Assembly (NCBI GenBank): GCA_001938485.1 | Contig: MQRK01246158.1 | Span: forward strand, 60,651 to 124,159 | Length of the DNA: 63,509 bases | Direction of reading: 5' to 3' | Origin: Girardia tigrina | Lineage: Eukaryota | Shown here: positions 15,271-28,500 of the stretch, piece after piece | How positions within the stretch are numbered: the first letter of the stretch is position 1 | Layout of the letters: each line of letters opens with the position of its first letter | The notes under the pieces: model-generated | What the model saw: the letters and a program-made list of their open reading frames with translations, nothing else | Told to the model about the DNA's origin: nothing | Database searches by the model: none | Translations under genes and position numbers: made by a program

Positions 15271-18200
15271 NNNNNNNNNNNNNNNNNNNNNNNNNNNNNN
15301 NNNNNNNNNNNNNNNNNNNNNNNNNNNNNNNNNNNTAGATCTGGATTATGTAATCAAAATATTGTTCCTCATAAATTTGTTTCAATAATGAAAATTGTAG
15401 TAGAAATAAAGTTTACAAAATTATGACTTCGAATTTTAATCACGAACCTAATAGAGATAACATGTACTGTCTTCCTGTATATGACAAAGTATATTAAGGG
15501 CCTGCAAAGTACCTCATTTCGGTCAAGAACCAAATTGTTAAGGAACTAGTTTTTCTTCCATATTTAGTAGGATTCTATTTGCGATGATTGAAGCAAAGAA
15601 TTTATCAGAAAAAGATCCCCTATTAGTTGTTCTAGTTTTACATTTTCCTTTGAGCAGTATTAAGAACATTGAGACAATTCTCATTTGAATATTTATTACT
15701 ACAACATTTAGAGTTATTACAACTCTCAGAAGATTTTTCATCGTTTGACATTGCACTAATTGGTTTAGTTATTTCTGTCTTTAATCATTATTATTCGAAC
15801 AATTTTTCTAAATCTTTTAAAAATACATAATTTTTAAAAAAAATAATTAAAAATAATAATTTAAATCATTTCTAAATAAAAACACAAAATTATAAAAATG
15901 TTATGAAATTAATAAAATGACTTTAGTTTAAATCTTATTACATTTATTTAAATTTAATTAAATGCTTTTCTTCTCTTAAAACAAATATAAAACTTAATTT
16001 AAATTGTTAATTTAAAAAATAAGAACTTATTATTTTAATAATGTTTGAATAGTCAATCACCTTAAATTTTAAAAAATATCAATTTCCATCTGGGTGGGAG
16101 AATCACCATTCTAAGTTCAGCATACTTAAACCAACATACAACATCAATACATTCACACATTCAAACAATTTAAAATATTCCTCACAAGTAGCATTACTAC
16201 GTTTGCATTCTTCAAAACTGATAAAAATTCATGATCACTGTTAGTATGAGAGCGGGCGCAGCATGTGTGTGGGGTGCCGGAGCTGGGAAATCAGTTATTC
16301 CGGGACGGGGGGAAACATAACTCAATCTCACCGAATATTTTGAACACGTGTTTCGGTCTTCCGAACGATGGCGATTTGCGACCGATATCTTCGACTCTCA
16401 CCGTTTTAAGTAACTTCTCGAGGTCTCTAAGAACGATAATGTTATCTCGCGTAAGCCGATATTTGCGCTGATGATTGATTAGAATTTCACGGTGTCTTTG
16501 CATTGTGTGATCATTGGCTGATGAGATTGAGAGAGCACTGTTTCGACCGTCTTTCTTGTCTTTAGAGTTGTCTGGGTGCAACTGATTCCACATTTTTTCA
16601 TTCGTCTCACTCAAACGGTCAAGAATCCGCCCGATATCGATCGAAACTGTTTCAAATAGAGGTTTATCTTTCAAACTTGCGCTTGAATCAGCACTGGTTT
16701 TCATTTCTCTTTTTACTCGCGACCAAAAACGACTGAAGGCGATTAATTTATCATCCGATGTGTTCTCTAGCGTCCTCTCTATTCGACTCAAATCATCCCA
16801 ATCTTTTTCTCCGGTCATTAAATTTATATTTGAAAAAAAAGAAAAATAATTGTACGAATTATTAATTCAATGTACAATATTTACAATATTTCATATCAAA
16901 TTCGCGCCGAATAATTATTTACAACGATCGATTTAAACAAATCAATTTTTTTTACCCATAATAACTGGCTAATCAAAATGGTCGAACAGAAAACTCGCTA
17001 AAAAGCACAAAATTCGATTCACATCATTTGCCATTTTGGCAATTTTGATTAATTTTTTTATTTTAATTTTTTTAAATTTTTTTTAACCAACAATTTATTT
17101 TCAAATACGACTTTAACATTTGTACAAAATTTATATCTTCGTCAAAAACAACATAAAATACATGTTAAATAACATCACGACACTGAATTTCGTTAATATC
17201 TTCTGAAACTAAATCTTGAATAAAATCACATGGAAATAGATCATTTCAATCAGTTTCACCAAACAAAATTAAAATTTGCATTTTTAACTTCATTCTGTTC
17301 AACGAGAAGTTCGTTTTCTGCTAAATTAAATGTTACTTGAGATTCTATATGCCGATCTTCATTATTGTCATCATACCAAATAACTTGCGGTTCACTTTTA
17401 GTCCATGATGAATGATAGTGTAATTGAATAGGATTATGTAACTCATATTTCCCTATTATAAACAAAAGCTTTTTGTTCACAATGTGAAACGCCGTCGATC
17501 ATGGACAAAACGTGGTGAGTCTGCCAACACGATCCCAAAAGCAGAAATTCACCAAAAGAAGGTTATGCTTTCCATCTGATGGGATTTTAAAGAAATTGTG
17601 TTTTTTGAACTCCTTCCGAGGAATGAAACCATCAATTCCGACAGATATTGTGGTCAGCTGGAGAAATTGGCTCATTCAATTCAACAGGAACGTCCTGAAT
17701 TGGCAAATCGAAAAGGAGTTGTAATTCAGCATGATAACGCAAGACCGCATACAAGTTTGACCACTCTCCAGAAACTCTTATCACTTGGTTGGGAGGTTTT
17801 GCCGCACCCACCGTATTCTCCAGACTTGGCCCCATCGGATTTTCACTTATTTAGATTTATTGTCACTGCAGAATTCCTTAAACAGAAAAACATTCGTCAG
17901 TGATGATGACATCAAATCGTTCCCAGACGGCTTTTTTGCTGACAAAGGCAAAGGTTTTTATGAATCAGGAATAATGAAGCTACCGGAAAGGTGGAAGAAA
18001 GTGATTGAAAATAATGGACAGTATATCGTGTAAAAATATTTGTGCATCCATGTCATTTTTTGATAATCAATATTTTAGTAAAAAACGCAATGACTTTTTG
18101 ACCAACACAATATATTGAAAATCATCACAGGCAAAAATTATACTTAGAAGGACTACGCTTTAAATTCATTTTGATTTTTATAAAATTTACATAATATTGT

Positions 18201-18689
18201 TTACATAATATAGTGCAATATTGTTGGGGTTGATGTGATATCATCAACCAACTGTTGCACAATCGGGAAAGTAAAGTAGTTACTTTACAGCTTATAACTA
18301 GAATCATACAACATTTGAATAATATAGCAATATTTAGAAAGTGTTAGATATTATAAACTATAATTTATATTTAAGAGAGTTTTCTTTTAACATTATTAGA
18401 GTCATTATATAAATATATTTAGAATGAATATAATGTTTAATGTATCAACAGGTTTCGGTCTGCTTTGGAATTGTTTGTGTAGTGTGTTTTAGTTGTTTTG
18501 GAATGATTATGTGGAGACTAAGGTAATATTTATTGATAAAAACCAAAAAGTAGTAAAACAGAGTTTCTCAGGTTAGACACACAAATTAATGACAAGAAAC
18601 AAACTTTGTCACAAAATATCTACGAATATGAAACAATCCACATCAATGATTCAACCGAGACAAATGAAGCTGAGATGGAAGGAGCTTAG
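5951..18689 (+). CDS. LamG-EGF-like-LamG single-pass receptor, copy B (10 exons, ~485 aa)
   Basis: Hand-spliced GT-AG exons: 5951-5987 (putative first exon, least certain), 6637-6882, 6929-7051, 9410-9736, 11224-11374, 11424-11586, 11642-11759, 11807-11910, 18452-18522 (TM VSVCFGIVCVVCFSCFGMIMWRLR), 18572-18689 (tail ..NIYEYETIH..EGA*). Total 1458 nt, open frame. LamG-type GCLDSFYFNG motif and DCSL..LNWKYC EGF-like end. Confidence 0.8.
7745..9040. mobile_element. Element bounded by ~90-bp imperfect inverted repeats, in intron 3 of copy B
   Basis: ..taatgtgaatcaaagtcc..gaaaattcattatttgaaatagaatagattcta (7745-7830) is mirrored by tagaatctcttctatttcaaatgatgatttttc..tttgattcacattaa (8955-9040). 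Confidence 0.6.
10080..10600 (+). mobile_element. Degenerate Tc1/mariner-superfamily transposase
   Basis: LIHDN..VH and QPPYSPDTNICD motifs, with stops and frameshifts. Confidence 0.7.
12532..12720. repeat. 49-bp tandem repeat x4 with ABAB higher-order pattern
   Basis: Units start at 12532, 12581, 12630 and 12679 (att(c/t)g..tatag-like starts). Units 1 and 3 share gtggtttcacaaac; units 2 and 4 share atcggacgacgacaa. Confidence 0.85.
15231..15270. repeat. (AT)n microsatellite abutting an assembly gap
   Basis: Pure AT run followed by Ns. Other AT runs at ~24815, 36372, 38245, 47180, 60410 and 60709. Confidence 0.95.
15380..15720 (-). mobile_element. LINE-type RT remnant
   Basis: SDKFFASIIANRILLNMEEKLVP*QFGS..GTLQA resembles the non-LTR RT motif K.FA.II..RL....L...Q.GF. 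Confidence 0.55.
16220..16900 (-). mobile_element. Unclassified repeat element with 175-aa ORF (wHTH-like C-terminus)
   Basis: ORF 16291-16818 ends LRDLEKLL..KSPSFGRPKHVFK. It is homologous in protein and 3' DNA to 35470-36020. Confidence 0.5.
17478..18110 (+). mobile_element. 5'-truncated mariner, same family as 47196-48463
   Basis: QHDNARPH and [17 protein letters not shown] motifs. Right TIR cgcaatgactttttgaccaacacaa followed by TA. Near-identical to the 47.2-kb copy. Confidence 0.95.
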
Positions 18690-18849
18690 ACAATGGCGCT
18701 TTTGAGTTTTAGCAATGGAAATCGATAATGTACATTACATAAATATTTTATGTGATAAACACGCGTCTTGAATCCCCTTTATTTTTTGTTTATTTACTAA
18801 ATTGTTTTGTTATAAAATGAACATAATTATGTTTTATCTTGATGTTTTA

Positions 18850-19480
18850 ACATCAATTTTAAAGTTGATTTTAAAACATTACAAATTAACTTTAGGGTTT
18901 GGAATATTAACCTTGAATCCTTCTTGTTTTAACGCTTTCGTGGAAGAGAAGGAACTAAGAAGACACATCAAAACGTACATACGGTCACGACACCGCAGCG
19001 TTATTTTATTTTTTTGGAAAAGATCATAAGATTTATTCTTTGTGAAAGCAAGACGATAATCAAAACAGATATTTCTTTGAAAAATTTCGGAAAGTTTAAT
19101 AATGTTAGATTTTTTTATTAAATAATTATTTTTTTTATTTAATGTAATTGGTAATAGTGTAATCTTAATTATTATTGCGTTTATTAAATTCGCTATTTCC
19201 ATGGTCAGAATAAATTTGATTTATTAATCAATATTGCGATCAATAAAAACTGTTGGAAATTTTCGTTGTTGTCTGTGGTTGAATTGATGATATCATTGTT
19301 GTTCCTGCTGAATAGAAGTATTTAATTGCAAATTCAATTTTCCGATTCTCAAAATCAAGCATTTATCTGAAACATTCTGAATTTTTCATTTTTTGTTAAC
19401 ACTACCGATCCCTTTATCGAAATTATTCGCAAAACAATCCCTACGGTCGCAGTATTTGATAAATCTCTACATACATTTTG
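18850..19480 (-). mobile_element. Penelope-like RT remnant
   Basis: FDKGIG and RFDVSS..P fragments resemble PLE RT motifs (ADKG.G; SFDVSSLFT.VP). Heavily degraded. Confidence 0.45.
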
Positions 19481-21299
19481 TGAAGAACGTCTATCAGTAG
19501 AATATTTTTTCCAATTATATACCAACAATGTTAGTCTAAGGTTATTTTTTTATTAATTGCATGAGCATACTTTTTGTTTATTACGTTTGAATTGTACTAA
19601 ACTTTATATAGTTACTTAATACAAAAGTGAGTTTAGTTTAGACTTTTGTTTTACATTTAGTGGTTAAAATCAATTTATCATACGATTCTGTATACGTTGT
19701 ATTAAGAACACCAACATGGCTTTTCAAACTTTTATTTTCATTACAATCAGAATTGTCTTTTGGACAACTCTCAGCGAAACTCGTCATTCGACATCGTTCT
19801 AAATTGATAATTTTTTTANNNNNNNNNNNNNNNNNNNNNNNNNNNNNNNNNNNNNNNNNNNNNNNNNNNNNNNNNNNNNNNNNNNNNNNNNNNNNNNNNN
19901 NNNNNNNNNNNNNNNNNNNNNNNNNNNNNTATTTAAAAATTATTTTATGTAAAGAAAGAATATTTAATTAATTCAAAACTTAGTTAAAACTATTTATTTT
20001 ATTTAAATTTTAATATGAAGATTTGAAAAGATTTATTATTTTTAATGTGTTTAAATATCTTATGCTGTACTTTAAAATATAAATTAGACTCGAATAATTA
20101 TTTATCGTGAACATCTAAAATATCAATTTTCCATCTGGGTGGGAGAAACACATTTCCAATTACTAAACTCAACATACAAAATTCAACAAACCAATTTCAA
20201 CAACCAAATTTAAAATATTCCTCACACGTTGGTTACTGGATAAATTGATTTTTACAGTGACAAACCTTTCCAATGTCCAATGAAAAATTATCACAAGACA
20301 TATAAAACAGATGGATGGTTAAAGACATTTATTATTCGATCACCGAACCCAAGGCAGTACTAGTTGTAATAGTGCTTCATAAAATAACGTAGATGAAAGA
20401 TGTTCAAAATATTCGAACCTAATCGCGATGCATGATATGTCAGTGCCCCTCCACGGTACCGCGGAGACCGACCCAGCAGTGATTCCAAACGTGGTTCTCG
20501 ACTTTCAGTGAAGAAATACAAATGATGTGTGGATTTTTTGGTGTCCCTGTACTCATTGTGCGAAACGTCTTCACACAGCCAAAACTCTACAGAACGGTAC
20601 GAGGGATCATGAATGGTCATATCTGACTGGGAAACCGAAGCGTGCCCGTGCACTGAAAGCTCGCATTCTTGCTTCTAAAGCCGTGTGAGAAAGTCAGTAG
20701 GCTTTGTATTGTATATTTTTGACTTCTACCCAATACAAAGTCTATGCCTCACTACCATGTACACCAATGCTGGTACTGAAATCTCTACAATACTCAGTTA
20801 TCCGTTCCGTCGGGGAGGCTTAACCTTGAATAATAATTTTTAAATGATTTATAAGACAATTACACTAATCAAAAAGAAAACACTGGAATTTAATCTTAAA
20901 ATAAAAACATTGAACGACCCAAATCTTCATTCAAAAGAACCATACGGTTAATTTATGAGTTATTTTGAAAAAAATGTAGTTAGGGAAAAGTTCTTAGAAA
21001 AATACAAATGAAAATAATGCTATAGAAATATGTAGATAGTAGATTTTAACTAACCGAGAGTAACTATTCATCGTGAAGCTTTAAATCAATGATGGTTGAA
21101 TTGCTTTTATTTGTTGAGTGTCCAACATAATTGGAACTTTCATCAAAAGGTGATGAATGACATCTGAAAAAACAGTGCGTCGTGCAGAAACGGTATTGTA
21201 GCGCCGATGGCGGATCTCTGTGTCGTAGTGGAGGACCTATAATGGGAAATACCTAATCAAAAATAAGTCTGTTTCCTCAAAGATTTCTCCAGATCCCGA

Positions 21300-21784
21300 T
21301 CTAACCATGATTTCATAATTCTTTTTGTGTTAGTTTGATTCTTGCCAATTTCTGAACGAAACAGATGCATCAACATGGGTAACTGAGTTTATATTTTGTT
21401 GTATAAGTATCGATATAAACTGAAGAGATTAGTTCTGACGATCTTGAGTCTGTTTTCACTGACATTCTCTGATTGACAGAAACATTAACAAACAAATCGC
21501 AATCTTCACCGAACTTATCATTTCTTTGTCACATTAAATTCTTTCAGATTCTCATTGATTAAACCTTTTAATTTTAAACCCCTCTGAGAATTGTTTTGAG
21601 ATTTTAAAGTCTGATCGATATGGTTCAGAGCAATTTTATATTCTTTCACATCGCAATAATATTTGGCACTCATTTTACATGGTAAATTAACGTATGAATT
21701 CTTTATTATTAATCTTATTTCCCGAAAATAACTTTCGATTCGATTGTTCTTTTGAAAAAGAATAAAATTCATCAGTGTAATCAC
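21300..21784 (-). pseudogene. Probable RanBP2/Nup358 N-terminal (TPR) gene fragment, intronless
   Basis: AKYYCDVKEYKIALNHI...GLINE resembles, from memory, RanBP2 AKLYYEAKEYDLAKKYI...LGLLYE. The frame stops early. Confidence 0.5.
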
Positions 21785-22129
21785 ATAAAATATTCAAAAT
21801 TATCATAAAGGTAAATCAATTTTACTTAATTTCGTTTATTGAAAAATAAAAATGGAAAATTCATAATGGTCACACTGAACAGATTTCACTTTTGAAAACA
21901 AAAATTTGCTAATCGAATCACAATATGAATTTTATTTTTAAAAACCGCTTACAAAAAACAATGCATAATGATCGATTTAAACAAGAATTATTTTAAAAAA
22001 CAATATCGATCTATTTTACACTAATTTACACTGATAATTATTATATGCCGACATTAAAAAACTAATTTAGAAAAAATATTTTAAAAAAATTTTTAAATTA
22101 ATTTGGCACATCTTTTTTCATTTTGTCAA

Positions 22130-22900
22130 AAGACGCGATTAGCGACTATGTTTGGTATTTCAGCTCTAGAATCTTTGTTGGATTGCCATGAGAAGTAAGA
22201 ATAACTTTACGTGGCGTCTAATATATGAATGGATGAGTTTTGTGCGTTATAGTTATAAGTAAACCTTAGATCCAGGATTTACCATGAAACGTTTAGCTTT
22301 GAATGTGTCTTCACCAAGGGCTGAGCTAAAGTCAGCAACTGGCCATGTACAAGTCAAAAGAAATGCGTCCCCGAGCAATTGACTATTACTTGAAAATAGC
22401 AATTTTTTTCAGATTAAGTTTTGCTGCAAAATATCCTGTGTAAAGAACTGATGGAAATCCAGTTATGCAAATTCAATTCGGAAAAATTAATCGGCTACTA
22501 TTTTTCGAGCTCCGGGGATGAAGTTGATCTTCATGATTGATTGATAAAGATGAAATTTTTTTGGCTTTTTACGGATTGGGTTCTCATCAAGAATATTTGG
22601 AGAAGCAGTTTGTGAGAAGTAGAAACTTGTATGAAACAGTTTCATGATTTTGAGGTGTATTGTGCCGTACTTGCATCAGAATTGATACAATCGCGATGTT
22701 GGATATCTGTCATTAATTGGATTGACAGGAAGATTTTAATATTTTAAAGTCAAATAGTCTGTGAGATATCCCGTTTTATATGGTAGAATACTGTTATAAT
22801 AATTTCAATTCAGGACAACAACTGGTGTTCGTCCAGTATTACATTTCCATGAGTGGAACTAGTGTTGCTGAGGTGTTTGCGGTAATAATAATTTGTTAAT
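22130..22900 (-). mobile_element. Non-LTR (CRE/NeSL-like) RT remnant
   Basis: Degraded SSPG and IQQ.D.-like RT motifs in broken frames. Confidence 0.35.
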
Positions 22901-25514
22901 TTAATTCTTAATCAAATTTGTTAACTATCGCATTATAGAAAGGAAAATAGAATTTAATAATTATATTTAAATAAAAAATTAAAAAGATCGGATGAAAGAA
23001 TCCTCGGAAAATCAGTTTTGTATGGCTAGTAGACCATCACCTTCGATATAGACAGGTTTTATAACTAATGAATATTATTACAGAATTTGAAAATGTCAAA
23101 GTTTCTATCTAGCAAATACAGCCGACGCCGTCTAAGTTCTAATATACTATCATTATCACGACTGATATACTTAAACACTTCTACTTTGGAATCATTTACT
23201 GTGGCGTTAAATGGATGGTATCAAATTTTTAAAAAGCACAGCGGGTAAATGACTTAGTGTCTCATTAAATATGGTGTGTTGGGTTCTTGATCAAAATTAT
23301 AATTCATTAACACCAAATTTTATTTCTATAACAATAACAATTATTTAAACATTTTTTTGAGGAACTTTTCTTTCGTTTTTTGTTGTTTTTGACCTGATTA
23401 AATATACATAAAAATACTGGATTAAATTACTGATATCTTATTTATTAAAACGTTGATTAAAATTGAATTTATTTTTCTAATACGTTAATTTATATATTAA
23501 GATTTTATTATTTTATAAAAATCTTCAAAATACATTATAAAAATCTAAATAATAACTGTTCTATTTTAAATCATTTTTAAACATAAATATTTTGCAACAA
23601 TTTCTAGTAATCTAAAATAATTCAAATATTTTTATTTCAATATTATTTATCTAAAACCAGTTAACTTAAATACAATTTTAGATCTTTTATAATATTTAGT
23701 ACATCTACTGTTAAAATTAAATTTCTTAATATTTTATTCTTCGTTAATTGGTTAAACATTCAATTATAATTATTCTTTTAATACAAATTGACACTATTTA
23801 AATTTTAAATAAACATTATGATTTTTTTTATTTTACCACCTAATTTTTAAAAAAACATTTAATTATAATTATATTTTTTATACAAATTTGATACAATTTT
23901 AATTGTAACTAAAACATTATGATTTTTATTTTACAACTCAATTTTTCAAAAAAAAATTGATTATAGTTATTTTTTTGAATACAAATTTTGAGTTACAATT
24001 ACTTAATATTGAAATATTTATTTAAAACCTAATTTTATTTACAATGTTTGTTACTCCGAATTATTTATTTCCCAAAAAGTCAAATTCTTATAAATTAAAT
24101 TTTAATTACAATTTTTGTTATTAATCCGAAATATTAAGAACATTAATTGGGTTTTCTTTAAATTTATTTACATCACAATTTCAATTGTAACTACAACAAT
24201 TCTCTGTAAAACTTGCGTAGCTCGTCATCGTTCTTGATTGATAATCTTTAATAATATTCTTTAACGTCTTATTATTCAAACAAATTTAAATTACAAATTA
24301 ATTATTGCAAAAATAGTTTATACTTTAAATTTAAAATAATTTTTATTTATTTTAAGAAGATATTATTAAAATATTATTTATGAAATTTTAGTTTAATTTT
24401 AAAGTGATTATTTAAATTTTAATAATTGATTAAACAACTCGACGTTTTAAAATATTTAAAATATCAATCTTCCATCTGGGTGGGAGAAACACAATCCTAA
24501 AACAACATACCAAACAACACACAATAAACACCATTCAAAAATATTCCTTACACGAAATATTTGTTTTTTTTTAATTTATATAGATAAATCATTTGAAATT
24601 ATTTAAATATAATATGATATTACAAATTAATTATTCAAAAATTTAAGTCACAAAAACTCCTTACATGGTGCATTTAAAATGTTTAATGGACAAGTGCTAC
24701 CAGTGATAAACAAAATGGATCGTAAAACCCTAAATGAACCGCATTAGGAATTTTCAATTAGTCAAATGAATAGCAAAACTAGATTTAAAAATATTTTTAA
24801 ATGACATCTTTTGTTATATATATATATATATATTTCAAAAACATATTATAATATTATGTTCATTAATGGACTTCCAGGTCAAGGTATTTATCCAGAATAT
24901 AACAGTATTTCAGATAAATATTCTATTTTATATTGACGTGCGTTATTGGTTATTATATTAGTGACAAAGGATGTCCTTCTATACTAAGGATGTGCATTAT
25001 GGCTACATCGTAATGTTAAGAGTTCACCTGATTTTATAAATTTTCGTTGTTGATTTATTTTTCGTTTCAGTGACAGTTCAATGAAGATTTTTTTCAATGT
25101 GAATATTTGTTCTGTATTTGAGGCCACAATTAGATCGTTCATTTTTAGATGTTACAAGAATTGTTTCATACAATTAATATATGAACCGATTTTAGAGTTT
25201 TTTAATTGTTTCCATTGTTTGTAGCGTTCAAAAGTTTTGTTATGCAGTGTATTGCAGTAGATAATTTCAATTTTCTTGTTGGGATCTTCTTTTTCTTGAT
25301 CCTCATATTTTCTTACCAAAAAGAAATAAATTATGATAAATTAATGAAGAGGTAAGATGATAAAAGTTCCAAACTTTTTTATTTAACTAACATTTACACA
25401 TTTAAATATGAATCATTAAATCATAGCAATAAAGATTTACCATAAACCACAATCTAAGTAACTAAAGCCCAAGAAGAAAGCTGATTACAAAATACACAAA
25501 AAAAACAATTTATA

Positions 25515-28500
25515 TTAGTAAATGTCTACAATTTTCGCATATTCATTCGTGACCGAGTATTCATCGTAACTATTACAATCTTCCATTTCATTAAATTCAC
25601 TTTTCCCCCTGAAAGAAAAAAAACGTATTGAGTTTTAAAAATTTTACTGCGAATAAATTGATAAATATTTTGGTTAAAACTTTTAAATATATAATAATTG
25701 TAAAATGAATAAAACCCTTAAAATTTGAGATTTTGAAATTTAGGTCGGACTGCCTACCAATATATAAGTATTGAAATACAAAAGTCTTTTTCGACTCAAA
25801 AAGTTTTATTATTTGTTGCTAATTGTTAGTTAAAGAACAAATAAAAAAATAAAACCTTTTAAAATTTATTTATCAAAATTATTTGTGTTGGTTTTTTGAA
25901 CACATAATTTAAATTAAAATTTAATACATGTAATGAGATAAAGTATTTACTACAACTCTCTCGTTTCATTCTTTCCTCATTCATCACAATGTATTGTACG
26001 TTTCTGGTGAAACCCGTGAATATGAGAACCCACGATAGTTCAATTTGTGTTCTCGACGAATCACGGTCGATAACTCGAGATAATGAAGATGCAGTCGATT
26101 TAAAGGGAATCCACGTTATTCCATCATCACCAATCTTTTTAGAGTCCACATCCTCGGTCACCGATTGATGATTACTAGACACGGGTAACAACCAATCTCT
26201 GCAGGATCACCAGGGACCGCTACCCGTGATTACTAATGATAAGGTTGCATCCCGGCACAATCTGATTATTTTTGGGAACATCAGCACAGCAACAGAGACA
26301 AATGGCGCGGATACCGAAAGATGTTGAGGTGTCATACGATTATGTTGTTTGGTGTACGGTTAACGAACTTCGACGTCCAGACGACAGTAATGATTGTAAA
26401 ATTAATAGTAAACGACATACTGCTAATTATTTTAAATCACTTTCTTCAACCTTTAAAGAAACTTCATTATTTCTGATTATAAAAAACTCATGTCGTTTCA
26501 GCAAAAATCTTCTAAGAATGATTTAATGTCATAAAGTGAGCTATTTTATCAACTGAATTATTAAAATATGTTAGGTCACCTTAATAATAAATAGAACATA
26601 AAGCGAAAATCAAAATAGAAACGGATTCAAGTATAATAAATTTATAGTATAAAATATATAAAAAAGCTATGTATATATCACCAGATTTGCAAAGTCGGAG
26701 TCGGAGTCGAAGGCTGAGTTGAAGGCATAGTCGAAGTAGGAGTCGGGCAATTTAAGTCTGACTCCGCAGCCTTGCATATCACAACTTAAAACAGAATGGG
26801 TGAAACTTAGGGTACGGAAGACATTTGGCTCCATTTACCAGGGCAGTCAAAAAAGAGTGAAATTTAACATGGTGTGTATGCAATTGAAAACAACAACATC
26901 CTTTTACCCTCGAGGTGCTAGAGCAGTTGATGGTACGATATTAAGCAAGATAGCTTTCTCGTTAGTTCATAGTTTACTCTCTGTCGCATTCTGGGAAATA
27001 AAGAGAATAAATAATACAAGCTTTTCAATATACTCCTGTAGAGGCTTTCAGCAAACAGTTATTGTACGACGCTGTAAGTGTTGTGTCACGCAAGGTATTT
27101 GTCCAACCAGCTTTTTGAAATCTTCATTTTCTTTTCAGCTTCTCAACAGCCACTGTTATATGATTATAGATGTCTCTGGCTTAATCCACTAAACGTCTAC
27201 CAGAAAGCAATACTTTCTTCTTAATATATAATTCATCATACCACGTAAATAAATCCTCCTCTATTTCTTTTGAAGTCAGCTTCCTTCCCCCACCATACAA
27301 GCACACTATCTTGCTTTATTACTCAGTTATGACAGCCATTCTGCTGCACTACCTCACCTCATAAAAAATAGAAGATACAGGAAGTTAGATAACTCGCCCA
27401 CCATCCACTTTGTGTTTGTGGTTGGTGATAGGGACAAATGTTGATTTGGATGATGATTTATTTTTAAATGTCTATCACCAAACCTGTCTTATAGATAGAC
27501 TTGTCGGTCTAATTAAGCACTGTTGCTCTATTGGAAGAAATACGGTATTAATAAAAATAATTGTAAGACATAAGAACAATTAATCGCAACACCACCGCTG
27601 TTTTGGTTTTAAAAGGGAATAATAAAAGCATATACGTCTCACCAAATAAATTTCTTTAAGGTCATGTTATAAACACAAATCGAGATTCCTGGTAAAGCCA
27701 TGATTCTTTATGCAACTTTTAATAATTTTGATTTTGATATTTTCAAGGTGCTACGATTTATCCAGACTTCATATGTGGATTAAATTCGATCATTGTTGTT
27801 ATTTTGTTTCAATCAACGATGACTAATCACCTAGATATAGTGTATTTTTCATACGAAATCCATGAGAATAAAATTTAGAGATCTAGTTCTAAGCATATCG
27901 AGGTTTTAAGTATTCTCGGTCAAATACAAAATATCTCATTAGTTTGCGTAATGCTTTTGGGTAATAAATTACCTTTTCACTAATTTTATTAATATTAGGG
28001 TGAGTCATAAGTTGTGGGGCACTCTTTCCAAAGTAATTATCTTTAATTACAACATGAATTGTCGAATCGATATTAATTGAATTTGTATATCGTAATAAAG
28101 CTCATAAACTGAAGTTTCAGTATTTGTAAGAAAATCATGATTTTATGTTCATTCTAATTTTTTAAACATTTTAGAAAATAATGGAAAAATTTGAAATTAG
28201 AGTACTTTTGAAATTTTTCTGGAAAAAAGGTCTGAGTTCAAGGGCGCCGTAAAGGAAATTTCCCAAGTTGAAGGGGAGGGCTTTGTCTCCAAATCTTCGG
28301 CAGCAAGATGGTTTAAAAAATTTAACGAAGGTGACATAAGCCTCGAGGATCAAGAACGACCGGNNNNNNNNNNNNNNNNNNNNNNNNNNNNNNNNNNNNN
28401 NNNNNNNNNNNNNNNNNNNNNNNNNNNNNNNNNNNNNNNNNNNNNNNNNNNNNNNNNNNNNNNNNNNNNNNNNNNNNNNNNNNNNNNNNNNNNNNNNNNN

